Made by a program: the position numbers and the translations under genes. DNA of 63,300 nucleotides from Minisyncoccota bacterium (GTDB lineage: Bacteria; Patescibacteriota; Minisyncoccia; Phycocordibacterales; SBAW01), in assembly GCA_018060985.1 (NCBI GenBank), contig JAGOUZ010000005.1, positions 1-63,300 on the forward strand, in the 5' to 3' direction. The notes under the pieces were generated by a model. It was not told the DNA's origin. It worked only from the letters and a program-made list of their open reading frames with translations, and searched no databases. Below, in pieces: positions 50,342-60,718 of the stretch; the first letter of the stretch is position 1, and each line of letters starts with the position of its first letter.

Positions 50342-52234
50342 ATGGCAAAAATTCTAGGTATCGATTTGGGCACTACAAACTCCGCAATGGCCGTTATGCG
50401 CGGCGGCGAGCCTCAGATTATTGATAACTCAGAAGGTGCCCGCACGACCCCCTCGGTCGTTGCAACCTCTAAAACGAATGAGCGTCTCGTTGGCCTTATT
50501 GCGCGCCGCCAAGCGGTAACCAATCCTAAAAATACGGTCTACCAGATAAAGCGCTTCATTGGCCACACCTTCGACGAAGCTAATGTGCAGAAGGACAAGG
50601 CAGTAGTGCCGTTTGAAATGCGTAAGGCACAAAACGGCGGTATCGAGGTACAAATGGGCGACAAGTGGTACCGGCCAGAAGAAGTGTCTGCGATGATCCT
50701 CCAGAAGCTAAAGGCGGATGCGGAAAAGCGCCTGGGCGAGACTATCACCGAGGCAGTTATTACCGTCCCAGCCTACTTTAACGACGCTCAGCGCGCCGCT
50801 ACGCGCGATGCCGGTAAGATTGCCGGCCTTGAGGTCAAGCGCATCATCAACGAGCCTACGGCTGCAGCGCTTGCCTACGGATTCAACAAAAAGAAAGATG
50901 AAAAAGTAGTCGTATTCGACTTCGGAGGCGGCACCTTCGACATTTCAGTGCTTGAGGTAGTAATGGCTGGTGGGGAAGAAGGCTCTATCGAAGTGCGTTC
51001 TACTGACGGCGACGCCCACCTTGGTGGCAAAGACATTGACCAGAAGATTATCGACTGGCTCGCGACCGAATTTCAGAAAGAAAGCGGCATAGACATCCGC
51101 ACCGACGCTCTTGCCCGCCAGCGCCTCGACGAAGCCGCAGAAAAAGCAAAGATAGAACTCTCAACCGCAGTTGATACCGAAGTAAATATTCCATTCATCA
51201 CCTCAGACGCATCCGGCCCGCGTCACCTGTTGGTTAAGATGACTCGCGCAAAACTTGAGGAGCTTGCTGCGGAGTTTATTGACCGCGCACTCGCTATCAC
51301 CAAACGCGCTATGGAAGCGTCGCCATTTAAGACTACTGACATTCAGGAAGTTATTCTGGTCGGCGGCCAAACTCGCATGCCGGCTATGCAAGCAGCGGTA
51401 GAAAAATACTTCGGCAAGAAGCCAAACATGTCTGTTAACCCCGACGAAGTGGTGGCGATTGGCGCCGCTATCCAAGGCGGTATTCTTGGCGGCGAGGTAC
51501 GCGACGTACTTCTCCTCGACGTTATTCCGCTTTCGCTTGGCATTGAGACCATGGGCGGCGTTGCAACCAAGGTTATTGAGCGCAACACAACGATCCCAAC
51601 CAGTCGCTCACAAGTATTTTCTACTGCCGCTGACAACCAGACCTCGGTAGAGATACACATCACTCAGGGCGAGCGCGCTATGGCTAGCGACAACAAATCG
51701 CTCGGTCGTTTTGTGCTCGATGGTATACCGCCAGCACCGCGCGGCCTCCCGCAAGTTGAAGTTACCTTCGATGTAGACGCTAACGGTATTCTGACCGTTA
51801 AGGCTAAAGATAAAGCTACCAACAAAGAACAGAGTATTCGTATTGAAGGCTCGTCCGGCCTCTCTGAAGTGGACATTGAGCGCATGCGCAAAGATGCCGA
51901 TGCAAACGCAGCAACTGATAAGGAAAAAATGGAGCTTGCCGAGGCACGTAACATTGCCGAGCAGACGGTGTACAGCGCTAAAAAATCCTTGAGCGATAAC
52001 AAAGATAAGATTCCGGCCGAACTTGGGACAGAGATTAGCGGAAAAATCTCTGCTGTTGAGGCCGTTAAAAACGGTGACGATGCATCTAAGATAAAAGCAG
52101 CAACCGAAGACCTTTCGAAGGAACTTTCTAAGGTCTACGAAGCCGTGCAAAAGGCAGGAGGTGGACAACCGAGCGGTAGTGACCAGCAAGCGCCAGAAAA
52201 TGGCGAAGCCACTCAAGGCGGCGAGCAAAAATAG
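50342..52234 (+). CDS. dnaK: chaperone DnaK
   Basis: [43 protein letters not shown]. Confidence 0.99.
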   Translation: MAKILGIDLGTTNSAMAVMRGGEPQIIDNSEGARTTPSVVATSKTNERLVGLIARRQAVTNPKNTVYQIKRFIGHTFDEANVQKDKAVVPFEMRKAQNGGIEVQMGDKWYRPEEVSAMILQKLKADAEKRLGETITEAVITVPAYFNDAQRAATRDAGKIAGLEVKRIINEPTAAALAYGFNKKKDEKVVVFDFGGGTFDISVLEVVMAGGEEGSIEVRSTDGDAHLGGKDIDQKIIDWLATEFQKESGIDIRTDALARQRLDEAAEKAKIELSTAVDTEVNIPFITSDASGPRHLLVKMTRAKLEELAAEFIDRALAITKRAMEASPFKTTDIQEVILVGGQTRMPAMQAAVEKYFGKKPNMSVNPDEVVAIGAAIQGGILGGEVRDVLLLDVIPLSLGIETMGGVATKVIERNTTIPTSRSQVFSTAADNQTSVEIHITQGERAMASDNKSLGRFVLDGIPPAPRGLPQVEVTFDVDANGILTVKAKDKATNKEQSIRIEGSSGLSEVDIERMRKDADANAATDKEKMELAEARNIAEQTVYSAKKSLSDNKDKIPAELGTEISGKISAVEAVKNGDDASKIKAATEDLSKELSKVYEAVQKAGGGQPSGSDQQAPENGEATQGGEQK

Positions 52235-52251
52235 AGGTGAAGGATTCAGTC

Positions 52252-52278
52252 TGCGGGGTTTACACACCCCGCATTTCT
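52252..52278 (+). terminator. hairpin between dnaK and dnaJ (partial terminator)
   Basis: TGCGGGG/CCCCGCA followed by TTTCT. Confidence 0.55.
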
Positions 52279-52300
52279 GATAGACTGATCAACATAAATT

Positions 52301-53392
52301 ATGGCTACTAAACGAGACTATTACGAAGTGCTAGGCGTGCAAAAAGGCGCGTCAAAAGACGAAATAAAAAAAGCATTTCACAAGCTCGCACACAAACTCC
52401 ACCCCGACAAAGGCACCGGTGATGCAGAAAAATTTAAAGAAGTTTCTGAGGCGTACTCAATCTTGAGTGACGACAAACGTCGCGCGGAGTACGACAGCTA
52501 CGGACGCGTATTTGGCGGCGGTGCACAGCAGCCAGGAGCCGGCTTTGGCGGGCAGGGAAGTAACTTCGACTTTTCGCAATTCCAAGATGCGTTCCAAAAC
52601 GGGTTTGGCTTTGACTTTAGTGATGTATTTAGCGACTTCTTTAGCGGCAATGCACAGGGCACTCGCGCGCGCCGTGGCCGCGACATCTCTATCGACCTTG
52701 AAATCAGCTTTAAAGACTCGGTCTTTGGCACCAAGCGCACAGTACTCCTTGCCAAAACAGCGCAGTGCGAAACCTGCAAAGGCTCGGGCGCCGCTCCTAA
52801 AAGCGAGCTTATAACCTGTACGCACTGCAACGGCGCTGGCAAAGTGCACGAAACCTCGCAATCATTCTTTGGCGCTATTACCATGGTGCAGCAGTGTCGC
52901 TACTGCCGTGGCTCTGGCAAAGTACCTAAAGAAAAGTGTCCGACCTGCCGTGGTGATGGTGTCTATAAGAAACAAGAGGAGATCGAGATTACCGTACCAG
53001 CGGGTATTGAAGGCGGCGAGATGATCCGTCTTACGAGCGCTGGCGAAGCCGTCTCCGGAGGCCAGTCGGGCGACCTCTATGTAAAAATCCACGTCACCCC
53101 AGACCCACGCTTTAAGAAAGAGGGGGTAAACCTTGTAACTGATCTTTCAGTAAAACTTTCAGATGCACTTCTTGGCGCAGAATACACACTCCAAACACTT
53201 GAGGGAGAAGAAAAGGTGTCAGTGCCGCAGGGCGTTAGCCATGGTGAGGTACTCCATGTGCGCGGCAGAGGCGTACCACAAGGCAAAGGCCGCCGCGGCG
53301 ACCTCCTCATAAAGGTCAAAATAACTCTACCTAACAAACTCTCCCGCAGTGCAAAAGGGCTGGTAGAAAAATTGAGAGAAGAGGGAATATAG
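52301..53392 (+). CDS. dnaJ: chaperone DnaJ
   Basis: J domain with HPD, G/F-rich region, four CxxCxGxG repeats. Confidence 0.98.
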   Translation: MATKRDYYEVLGVQKGASKDEIKKAFHKLAHKLHPDKGTGDAEKFKEVSEAYSILSDDKRRAEYDSYGRVFGGGAQQPGAGFGGQGSNFDFSQFQDAFQNGFGFDFSDVFSDFFSGNAQGTRARRGRDISIDLEISFKDSVFGTKRTVLLAKTAQCETCKGSGAAPKSELITCTHCNGAGKVHETSQSFFGAITMVQQCRYCRGSGKVPKEKCPTCRGDGVYKKQEEIEITVPAGIEGGEMIRLTSAGEAVSGGQSGDLYVKIHVTPDPRFKKEGVNLVTDLSVKLSDALLGAEYTLQTLEGEEKVSVPQGVSHGEVLHVRGRGVPQGKGRRGDLLIKVKITLPNKLSRSAKGLVEKLREEGI

Positions 53393-53407
53393 GCTACTAT
53401 ATCCCTC

Positions 53408-54343
53408 ATGAAGCGCTTACTTACTGGCCTACAACCATCTGGCCAGCTGCATATTGGCAACTACTTTGGCGCGCTTAAACCGTTTGCCGATACCTACCAA
53501 GACTACGAAAGTTTTTTGATGGTCGCCGACTATCACTCACTCACGAGCCTTAAAGACCCTAAAGCACTCCGCGAAAATATTATAGAAATAGTGCGCGGCT
53601 ACTTGGCCGCTGGAGTAGACCCGGAGAAAGCAGTAATCTTTAAACAATCTGATGTGCAGGAGCACACCGAACTTGCGTGGATATTTGAGTGTTTGGTAAC
53701 GGTACCATTTCTTGAACTATCGCACGCATATAAAGACAAGCTAGCAAAAGGACTTGAGGCAAATGCCGGCCTCTTTAACTACCCGATGCTTATGGCGGCA
53801 GATATCTTGCTGTACGACACTGAAGTGGTGCCGGTAGGGAAAGACCAGCAACAGCATGTGGAATATGCACGCGAAGCGGCTAACAAATTTAATAATGCGT
53901 ACGGCCAAACTTTTAAAGAACCGGAAGCCAAGATTTTGGAAACAGTAGCAACTGTGCCTGGTGTTGATGGCCAAAAGATGAGCAAGAGTTACAAAAATAC
54001 GATCCCGCTCTTTGGCTCTAAAGACGATATTGCTAAAGCCGTGATGAGTATTGTTACCGACTCTTCGGGAGATAGGCCGGCTAACGTGTACTCTATCCAC
54101 CAACTCTTTAAGACCGATGCAGAACTTGCACCGGTGTACGAGCAAAACAAAGGGAGCTACAAGGCACTTAAAGAAGCTTTGATTGCTGATATTGAAGCCA
54201 TGGTTGTACCGATGCGGGACAAGTATGACTCTATTTCAGAACAAGAAGTTAAGGATGTGTTAGCCAAAGGCGCGGAGCGTGCAAAAGCAATCGCATCTGC
54301 TAAGATGGCCGACGTACGCAAGAAGGTAGGCGTATCTATTTAA
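53408..54343 (+). CDS. trpS: tryptophan--tRNA ligase
   Basis: QPSG-LHIGNY, YPMLMAADILLY, VG-DQ-QH, KMSKS. Confidence 0.98.
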   Translation: MKRLLTGLQPSGQLHIGNYFGALKPFADTYQDYESFLMVADYHSLTSLKDPKALRENIIEIVRGYLAAGVDPEKAVIFKQSDVQEHTELAWIFECLVTVPFLELSHAYKDKLAKGLEANAGLFNYPMLMAADILLYDTEVVPVGKDQQQHVEYAREAANKFNNAYGQTFKEPEAKILETVATVPGVDGQKMSKSYKNTIPLFGSKDDIAKAVMSIVTDSSGDRPANVYSIHQLFKTDAELAPVYEQNKGSYKALKEALIADIEAMVVPMRDKYDSISEQEVKDVLAKGAERAKAIASAKMADVRKKVGVSI

Positions 54344-54347
54344 ATAT

Positions 54348-55664
54348 ATGGACCGGACATTAATTAAAGACTTGGGTGGCAAGGTGGGGGAGCGGGTCTT
54401 GATACAAGGCTCTGTTTCAGTGCGTCGCGACCAGGGCAAGATGGTGTTTTTTGACTTTCGCGACCGTTCGGGCGCGGTACAGGGCGTGGTGCTGCCAAAG
54501 AGCGAGGCGATAGAAAACGCTAAAGAAACTCGTGCTGAGTTTATTGTGAGCGTTGAAGGTACGGTTAATAAACGCCCAGAGAAAAATATTAACGCCGAGG
54601 TTCAAAACGGCGACATCGAGCTCGAGGTCCACACACTCGACATACTTTCTAAAGCAGAGATCCCGTTTGAACTTGGGTCTGATGTAAACCTCGACACTCA
54701 CCTAGACCATCTGCCGTTTACACTCCGCAGTGAGCGCTCAAAAAATATTTTTAAAGTACAGGCCACAATTGCAGAAGCCTTTCGTGAAGCAATGCGCCAA
54801 GAGGACTTTACTGAATTTCAGTCCCCATCACTTGTGGGCGGCGATGCCGAGGGAGGTGCAGCAGCCTTTAAGGTTGATTACTACTACGACCAGAAGGCCT
54901 TTCTTGCTACATCACCCCAACTCTACAAGCAGATGCTTGCAGGCGTCTTTGAGCGTGCGTTTACCGTTGCAAAGATCTTCAGGGGAGAGAAGCACGCAAC
55001 GACTCGCCACCTGAGCGAGGCCGTATGTATGGACTTCGAAATGGCGTTTGTTAAAGACCATACGGATGTGATGGATATGCTTGAGAAGACCATAAAACAC
55101 ATGGTCAACAAAGTAGATGAGAAGCATGGCGACGTCTTTGCTACATTTGCTACAGAGAAGCCGCTGGTGCCGGAGAAGATCCCGGTACTTAAACTCCGCG
55201 AGGCGCAGGAAATACTTGGTGTATCTACCGACGAGCCGGACCTTGAGCCAGAACATGAGAAAAAGTTGTGGGAGTGGGCAAAGAAGGAGCACAACAGCGA
55301 CTTTGTGTTTGTAACGCACTTTCCGCTAAGTAAGCGCCCGTTCTACACCTACGAAGATGAAAATGATAAGGGCTACACCAAATACTTTGACCTCCTCTTC
55401 CGCGGGCTCGAGATCAACTCGGGCGGCCAGCGCGTACATAACCATGACGAATTGGTTGAAAGAATTAAGGCCAAAGGCCTAGACCCAGAGAAGTTTAGCT
55501 TCTACCTAGAAGCCTTTAAAACCGGTATGCCTCCGCACGGCGGCTGCTCAACCGGTCTTGAGCGCATGACTGCCCGCATGCTCAACCTTCCTAACGTTAA
55601 AGAGGCAACACTCTTTCCCCGCGACCTCAACCGCATCGACACCCTCCTTTCGACTGATAAATAG
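54348..55664 (+). CDS. aspS: aspartate--tRNA ligase, short archaeal/eukaryote-type (probably non-discriminating)
   Basis: 438 aa without GAD insert; FLATSPQLYKQ, FRGEKH-TTRHL-E, LEI-SGGQR, GMPPHGG---GLER. Confidence 0.93.
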   Translation: MDRTLIKDLGGKVGERVLIQGSVSVRRDQGKMVFFDFRDRSGAVQGVVLPKSEAIENAKETRAEFIVSVEGTVNKRPEKNINAEVQNGDIELEVHTLDILSKAEIPFELGSDVNLDTHLDHLPFTLRSERSKNIFKVQATIAEAFREAMRQEDFTEFQSPSLVGGDAEGGAAAFKVDYYYDQKAFLATSPQLYKQMLAGVFERAFTVAKIFRGEKHATTRHLSEAVCMDFEMAFVKDHTDVMDMLEKTIKHMVNKVDEKHGDVFATFATEKPLVPEKIPVLKLREAQEILGVSTDEPDLEPEHEKKLWEWAKKEHNSDFVFVTHFPLSKRPFYTYEDENDKGYTKYFDLLFRGLEINSGGQRVHNHDELVERIKAKGLDPEKFSFYLEAFKTGMPPHGGCSTGLERMTARMLNLPNVKEATLFPRDLNRIDTLLSTDK

Positions 55665-55716
55665 TTTCGTGTTATAAGTTTTTTAGAGTATTCAACATAC
55701 GTAGCGAGGTGACGCC

Positions 55717-55953
55717 GTGGATGAAAAAACGGTAACCGGAACAATCGTCTCGACCTGCTGCGAGGGCGCGTGTGCGCATGTAAGGCTCGACGAGAAGGTG
55801 AACGGAAGGCAGTTTGCCATTATCGACGACCGCACGGCTGGCAGAAAACGTCTGATGAAGTCATCGGGCGGGAAGCTTGACCTCAACGCACGCATCACGG
55901 TCAAAGATACGACCGTTGTCGGTGCCGACATGGTGGTGACGCTGATCGAATAA
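55717..55953 (+). CDS. 78-aa hypothetical beta-rich (OB-like) protein
   Basis: GAGGTG SD before GTG start; CCxxxCxH cluster; own terminator. Confidence 0.6.
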   Translation: MDEKTVTGTIVSTCCEGACAHVRLDEKVNGRQFAIIDDRTAGRKRLMKSSGGKLDLNARITVKDTTVVGADMVVTLIE

Positions 55954-55959
55954 AGGGAG

Positions 55960-55982
55960 GGCCGCGGGAAACTGCGGCCTTT
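55960..55982 (+). terminator. intrinsic terminator
   Basis: GGCCGCGG-GAAA-CTGCGGCC followed by TTT. Confidence 0.7.
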
Positions 55983-56019
55983 AAATTTACATACTTTTGT
56001 GGTACGGTATCGTCCACTT

Positions 56020-57414
56020 ATGAAGATCACTTCTGTAACGGCAGCGCCAGAGGGTTCGGTCAAAATCCGCCTTATTTCGGGCTCTATTTCAAAGTTTGTA
56101 GAGAAGGATGGGGTGCAGGAACTCCACATTGGCTACGGTGCCAAGAAGAGCATCGGTCAGCGCAAAGCAACTCTTTTCTTGCGCAAAATTATCGTTGTAG
56201 GCAAGCAGTACAAGCTCAAAAACATTACGCTCGAGTGGAAGGAGCTCCGCTCGCTTGTTGCTAAGGACGTTACCGACAAAAAGTTGGGAGAGATTGCTGC
56301 CATTGCCTTCGAGATGGCGAACTTCGAATTTAATGTTTACAAAAAGGAGCCTGAGGGCGGTTTTGACAGTGTTGAGGATATCTCTCTTGTAGGTGCGCCG
56401 GATATTGCACAAGATGGCATCAACCGTGGCATTATTGTCGCAACCGAAGTAAATTCCTGCCGCGCACTTGCTAACACACCAGGTGGCGACATGACTCCAC
56501 GCGTTTTGGCTGAATGTGCTAAGACAATTGCTAAAGGCACGAAGGTACAAGTTGAGATATTAGGCCGTCAGGAGATGAAGAAAGAGGGCATGGGCGCCGT
56601 GCTTGGCATAGCCAAAGGCTCTGAACACGAACCGCAGTTTATTGTGATGGAGTATTGGGGCGCCGCTAAAAACAAAAAACCGGTTACCTTGCTTGGCAAA
56701 GGCGTTACGTTTGATACGGGCGGCCTCCAGGTTAAACCAGGAGACAGCATGTACGAGATGCATATGGATATGTCGGGCGGAGCAGCCGTTATGCATGCCA
56801 TTGTGCTTGCAGCAAAGCTCGAGCTCAAAGTAAACGTGGTTGCGCTTATCCCGGCGGTAGAAAACTCGCCATCAGGCACCGCAGTTCGCCCTGGCGATAT
56901 TCTTACCTCGCTTTCTGGCCGAACAATCGAGATTCTCCACACCGATGCCGAGGGCCGCGTTATTTTGGCCGACGCTATTACGTACTCAAAACGCTTTGAC
57001 CCTAAAATTGTTGTAGACGTGGCCACACTTACCGGTGCAGCGCTTGTGGCGCTTGGCCAACAGGCAAATGCCTTTATGACCAACAAAGACGCGCTCATTC
57101 CTGCCATGCAACAGATTGGCGAAGAAACAGGCGACTATATGTGGCCATTCCCGGCGTGGGAGGAGTACGAAGACATGACCAAAGGCACCTTTGGCGACAT
57201 TCCCAACATCTCGACCGCAGGCAACTCCCGCTACGGCGGTGTTATTGCAGGCGGCATGTTCCTCCGCGAATTTGCTAAAGACCTTGAATGTCCGTGGGTG
57301 CATATCGACATGGCGCCACGCATGACCTCAGTAGCAGGCGAATTCCTCACTAAAGGTGCGGTAGGGGCGCCAGTTCGCCTTTTGCTTGGTATTATTGAAG
57401 GGTACGGACGCTAA
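56020..57414 (+). CDS. pepA: leucyl aminopeptidase (M17)
   Basis: GKGVTFDTGG, MH-DMSGGA, PAVEN, HTDAEGR-ILAD, DVATLTGA; start ATG 56020. Confidence 0.96.
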   Translation: MKITSVTAAPEGSVKIRLISGSISKFVEKDGVQELHIGYGAKKSIGQRKATLFLRKIIVVGKQYKLKNITLEWKELRSLVAKDVTDKKLGEIAAIAFEMANFEFNVYKKEPEGGFDSVEDISLVGAPDIAQDGINRGIIVATEVNSCRALANTPGGDMTPRVLAECAKTIAKGTKVQVEILGRQEMKKEGMGAVLGIAKGSEHEPQFIVMEYWGAAKNKKPVTLLGKGVTFDTGGLQVKPGDSMYEMHMDMSGGAAVMHAIVLAAKLELKVNVVALIPAVENSPSGTAVRPGDILTSLSGRTIEILHTDAEGRVILADAITYSKRFDPKIVVDVATLTGAALVALGQQANAFMTNKDALIPAMQQIGEETGDYMWPFPAWEEYEDMTKGTFGDIPNISTAGNSRYGGVIAGGMFLREFAKDLECPWVHIDMAPRMTSVAGEFLTKGAVGAPVRLLLGIIEGYGR

Positions 57415-57504
57415 AACGGGGAACACAGTATAGCCGCTCGAGCCGGCCGCTCGAGGCCGCTAGGCTAAGGTTTACCGTCTCTCGCGGCTACACTGTATTC
57501 CTTT

Positions 57505-58227
57505 ATGCCCATCAATGTAAAAACATCTGTTTACGAAGGGCCACTCGACCTACTCCTTGAACTCATCGAGAAGCGGAAGCTCTTAATTAACGATATTTCG
57601 CTCGCCACCGTAACCGACGAGTATATTGCGCGTATTAACGCCATGGACGAGCTCCCGGTGGGGGAGACGGCCGACTTTGTGGCGCTTGCAGCCACCCTTC
57701 TTCTTATTAAATCGCGTTCGCTCCTCCCAACGCTCGAGATTAGCGACGACGAGTCTCGCGACATTAAAGAGCTCGAGTATCGTCTTGCAGTATTTCAAAT
57801 TATTAAGGAGGCGGCGATTGGTCTACGCAACGAATTCAAAAAACCGCCCTTATACGAAGGCGTTACCAAAGACCAGGAGCCACTTTTTGTACCGGACCCT
57901 ACCGTTACGCAGCAAAGTCTGCGCGATGCAGCTCACGCCCTGATACAAAGCTTCCCACAATTCGCTAGCCTTCCCAAAGTCGTAGTCAAAAAAATAGTTT
58001 CGCTTGAAGAGATGATAAACACCTTAAGTACCCGCGTTTCAAACGCCATGAGGCTTTCATTTAAGGAGTTCTCCGGCCACGGAAAGAGGGAGAAAGCTGA
58101 AGTGGTTGTAAGTTTTTTGGCTCTGCTCGAGCTTGTAAAGCAGGGTATAATCAAGGCAACCCAGTCGAATCAGTTTGGGGATATTGTGCTTGAGGCGGAC
58201 CAAGTTTCAACACCATCGTATGAATAA
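57505..58227 (+). CDS. scpA: segregation and condensation protein A
   Basis: YEGPLDLLL-LI, AATLLLIKSRSLLP, FLALLEL-K. Confidence 0.95.
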   Translation: MPINVKTSVYEGPLDLLLELIEKRKLLINDISLATVTDEYIARINAMDELPVGETADFVALAATLLLIKSRSLLPTLEISDDESRDIKELEYRLAVFQIIKEAAIGLRNEFKKPPLYEGVTKDQEPLFVPDPTVTQQSLRDAAHALIQSFPQFASLPKVVVKKIVSLEEMINTLSTRVSNAMRLSFKEFSGHGKREKAEVVVSFLALLELVKQGIIKATQSNQFGDIVLEADQVSTPSYE

Positions 58228-58771
58228 CGGGGAATTATCACTACAGATAGAGGCGCTGCTTTTTGCCCTTGGACGGCCGCTGTCCCGTAAAGAACTCGTG
58301 GGCATACTTGATGCTGATGAGGGTGCACTCAATGATGCTATTGCAACGCTTGTGTCTGATCTCAAAGAGCGCGGGATTGTTTGTGTGGATGACGGCAAAG
58401 AAGTAGAGCTCCGTATTTCAGGCAAGGCAGCTGCACTGATTGAAGAAATCCGCAAAGAAGAGTTTAACCGCGAGATAGGGAGGGCGGGAGCAGAGACATT
58501 GGCGGCAATTTTGTATCGTGGCCCGCTTACAAGGAGCGAAATAGACTTTATACGCGGTGTTAACTCGTCTCAAACGGTCCGCACGCTCTTGATGCGGGGA
58601 TTTATCCGCAAGGTACCGAACCCTCGGGATGAGCGCTCATTTTTGTACGAAGCCACGACAGAACTGCTTGGCGAGATAGGCGCACAACATCAGGACGAAC
58701 TACCGGAGTACGCATCTGTGCGGCAAAAATTGAGTGAGCTTGAGGCCGCCTATAAAGAAAAAGAGGTATGA
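58220..58771 (+). CDS. scpB: segregation and condensation protein B
   Basis: IEALLFA, ETLA-I-Y-GP-TR-EID-IRGVNS; start ATG 58220. Confidence 0.95.
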   Translation: MNNGELSLQIEALLFALGRPLSRKELVGILDADEGALNDAIATLVSDLKERGIVCVDDGKEVELRISGKAAALIEEIRKEEFNREIGRAGAETLAAILYRGPLTRSEIDFIRGVNSSQTVRTLLMRGFIRKVPNPRDERSFLYEATTELLGEIGAQHQDELPEYASVRQKLSELEAAYKEKEV

Positions 58772-59664
58772 AATTCCCCAGTATAACTACCATCATTTCG
58801 CATATGGTTGCAGGAAGCCTCGCTTCTGCAGTATTAACACTTGGTCTTGGCGTGTTGTACTGGCCTCAAACCCAGGCAGCGCCAGCGCCAGTCGTTGCAG
58901 AGCAGGCTGTATGGCCAAAGCCGCTCTCATTTGACGGAGCGCTTCTTACTGCGAGGGCAGCCGTGGTGTATGACCCGGTATCTGGCGCGGTACTATTTTC
59001 AAAAAATGCGCGCGAGACGCTTCCGCTCGCTTCGCTCACCAAGCTTATGTCAGCCGAAGCCGTGCTTACCCGCACAGAGCAAAAGAGCCGCGTTACAATT
59101 ACTCCAAATGACTTAGCGCCAGAAGGCGACTGGAATTTTATTCTTGGCGAGAGTTGGTCCATAGGCGACCTGCTACGGTTTGGCCTAGTAGCATCCTCTA
59201 ACGACGCGATGGCAGCTGCGGCGAGCGCGCTCGGTGTAGACCCGGCAGAAGTCATGAACTCTGAAGCTCAAACGTTGGGTCTTGAACAGAGCTATTTCCT
59301 TAATCCGACAGGGCTTGATGTAGATCTTACGACGGCTGGTGGCTATGGATCTGCGATAGATATAGCACGACTCGCAGGAGTGTTTGTACGAGAGTATCCT
59401 GAACTTTTTGCCGCTACTGTTGCACCTAGCATTACTATTGGGTACGGCGAACGAGCTCTTACTGCAGACTCTACGGCCGCCCCGCTTCTAACCATCCCGG
59501 GACTTCTGGGAGCTAAAACCGGCTTTACCGATCTTGCAGGCGGCAATTTGGTAGCGGCATTTGACCTTGAGCTCGGCCGACCAGTTATTATTGCGGTACT
59601 TGGCTCAACTCGCGAGGGACGGTTTGAGGATGTTAAAAAGCTCCTAAACGCACTCCGTAACTAA
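58768..59664 (+). CDS. D-alanyl-D-alanine carboxypeptidase (S11)
   Basis: SxxK (SLTK), SSN and KTG motifs; N-terminal TM. Confidence 0.92.
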   Translation: MKFPSITTIISHMVAGSLASAVLTLGLGVLYWPQTQAAPAPVVAEQAVWPKPLSFDGALLTARAAVVYDPVSGAVLFSKNARETLPLASLTKLMSAEAVLTRTEQKSRVTITPNDLAPEGDWNFILGESWSIGDLLRFGLVASSNDAMAAAASALGVDPAEVMNSEAQTLGLEQSYFLNPTGLDVDLTTAGGYGSAIDIARLAGVFVREYPELFAATVAPSITIGYGERALTADSTAAPLLTIPGLLGAKTGFTDLAGGNLVAAFDLELGRPVIIAVLGSTREGRFEDVKKLLNALRN

Positions 59665-59665
59665 T

Positions 59666-60718
59666 ATGTTTACCGTCGACACTATGCGCATATTTCTTCC
59701 CGCGCTCATTACGTTTTTAATCGGGCTCGGTATTACTCCCGTCGTTGCGCATTTTCTATACAAATATAAATTCTGGAAACCAAAAGGCGGCAAAGTTGCA
59801 CTCGATGGGGAAGCTGCTGCAGAGTTTAACCGCCTCCACGAGAAAAAAGAGGTTGGCACACCGCGCGCGGGTGGCATTGTGGTATGGGGCAGCATTGCTC
59901 TGTGCGCGCTCTTATTGCAAACGCTTGCTAAAGCATACCCCGACATGTTTGCCTCAATAGACTTCATAAGCCGCAGCCAAACATGGGTGCCACTTGCCGC
60001 ACTTTTTTTTGGCGCATTCATTGGGTTCTTTGATGACCTCTTTGAGGTGCGCGGGCAAGGTGGCATGAGGCTACGCACTCGCCTGATTGTAGTATTTTTA
60101 GTTTCCGGCCTCTGTGCGTGGTGGTTTTACGACAAGCTCGATGTCTCAAGCGTGTCGCTCTTTACCTTTGGCACTCTAGAGCTCGGCATGCTTTTGATTC
60201 CGGCTTTTATTTTAGTGGCTCTCGCACTCTACGCTGGGGCAGTAATTGACGGCATCGACGGACTTGGCGGCGGTATTTACAGTATTATCTTTGCGGCCTA
60301 CGCGGGAATTGCCTTTTTCCAGCATCAGTACGACATTGCAGGCCTCTGCGCTGCAATAACGGGCGGCCTCTTGGCATTTTTATGGTTCAATGTTCCACCA
60401 GCGCGCTTTTATTTATCAGAAACAGGAACTATGGCGCTCACGTTGGCGCTCGTGTCCGTAGCCTTCTTGACCGACGTACGTGGAGAGGGGATAGGAGTCT
60501 CCGTATTGCCGATTATTGCTCTCCCGCTTGTTGTGACCGTACTTTCTGTCATGGCTCAGCTTGCAAGCAAAAAGTTTTTTGGCCGCAAACTACTCCGCGT
60601 TGCACCACTCCACCATCACTTTGAAGCTATCGGTTGGCCCGCTCCTAAAGTAACGATGCGGTACTGGATCGTAGGCTTGGTCGCGGCAATTATAGGCATG
60701 AGTATTGCGCTTTTGTGA
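59666..60718 (+). CDS. mraY: phospho-N-acetylmuramoyl-pentapeptide transferase
   Basis: GTP--GG, GFFDD, DG-DGL, WFN-PPARFY, APLHHHFE-GW. Confidence 0.93.
   Translation: MFTVDTMRIFLPALITFLIGLGITPVVAHFLYKYKFWKPKGGKVALDGEAAAEFNRLHEKKEVGTPRAGGIVVWGSIALCALLLQTLAKAYPDMFASIDFISRSQTWVPLAALFFGAFIGFFDDLFEVRGQGGMRLRTRLIVVFLVSGLCAWWFYDKLDVSSVSLFTFGTLELGMLLIPAFILVALALYAGAVIDGIDGLGGGIYSIIFAAYAGIAFFQHQYDIAGLCAAITGGLLAFLWFNVPPARFYLSETGTMALTLALVSVAFLTDVRGEGIGVSVLPIIALPLVVTVLSVMAQLASKKFFGRKLLRVAPLHHHFEAIGWPAPKVTMRYWIVGLVAAIIGMSIALL

Noticed and set aside
57431-57467. GCCGCTCGAG direct repeats after pepA
   Set aside because: Explained by a short palindromic hairpin (CTCGAGC/GCTCGAG); only two and a half copies, not an array.
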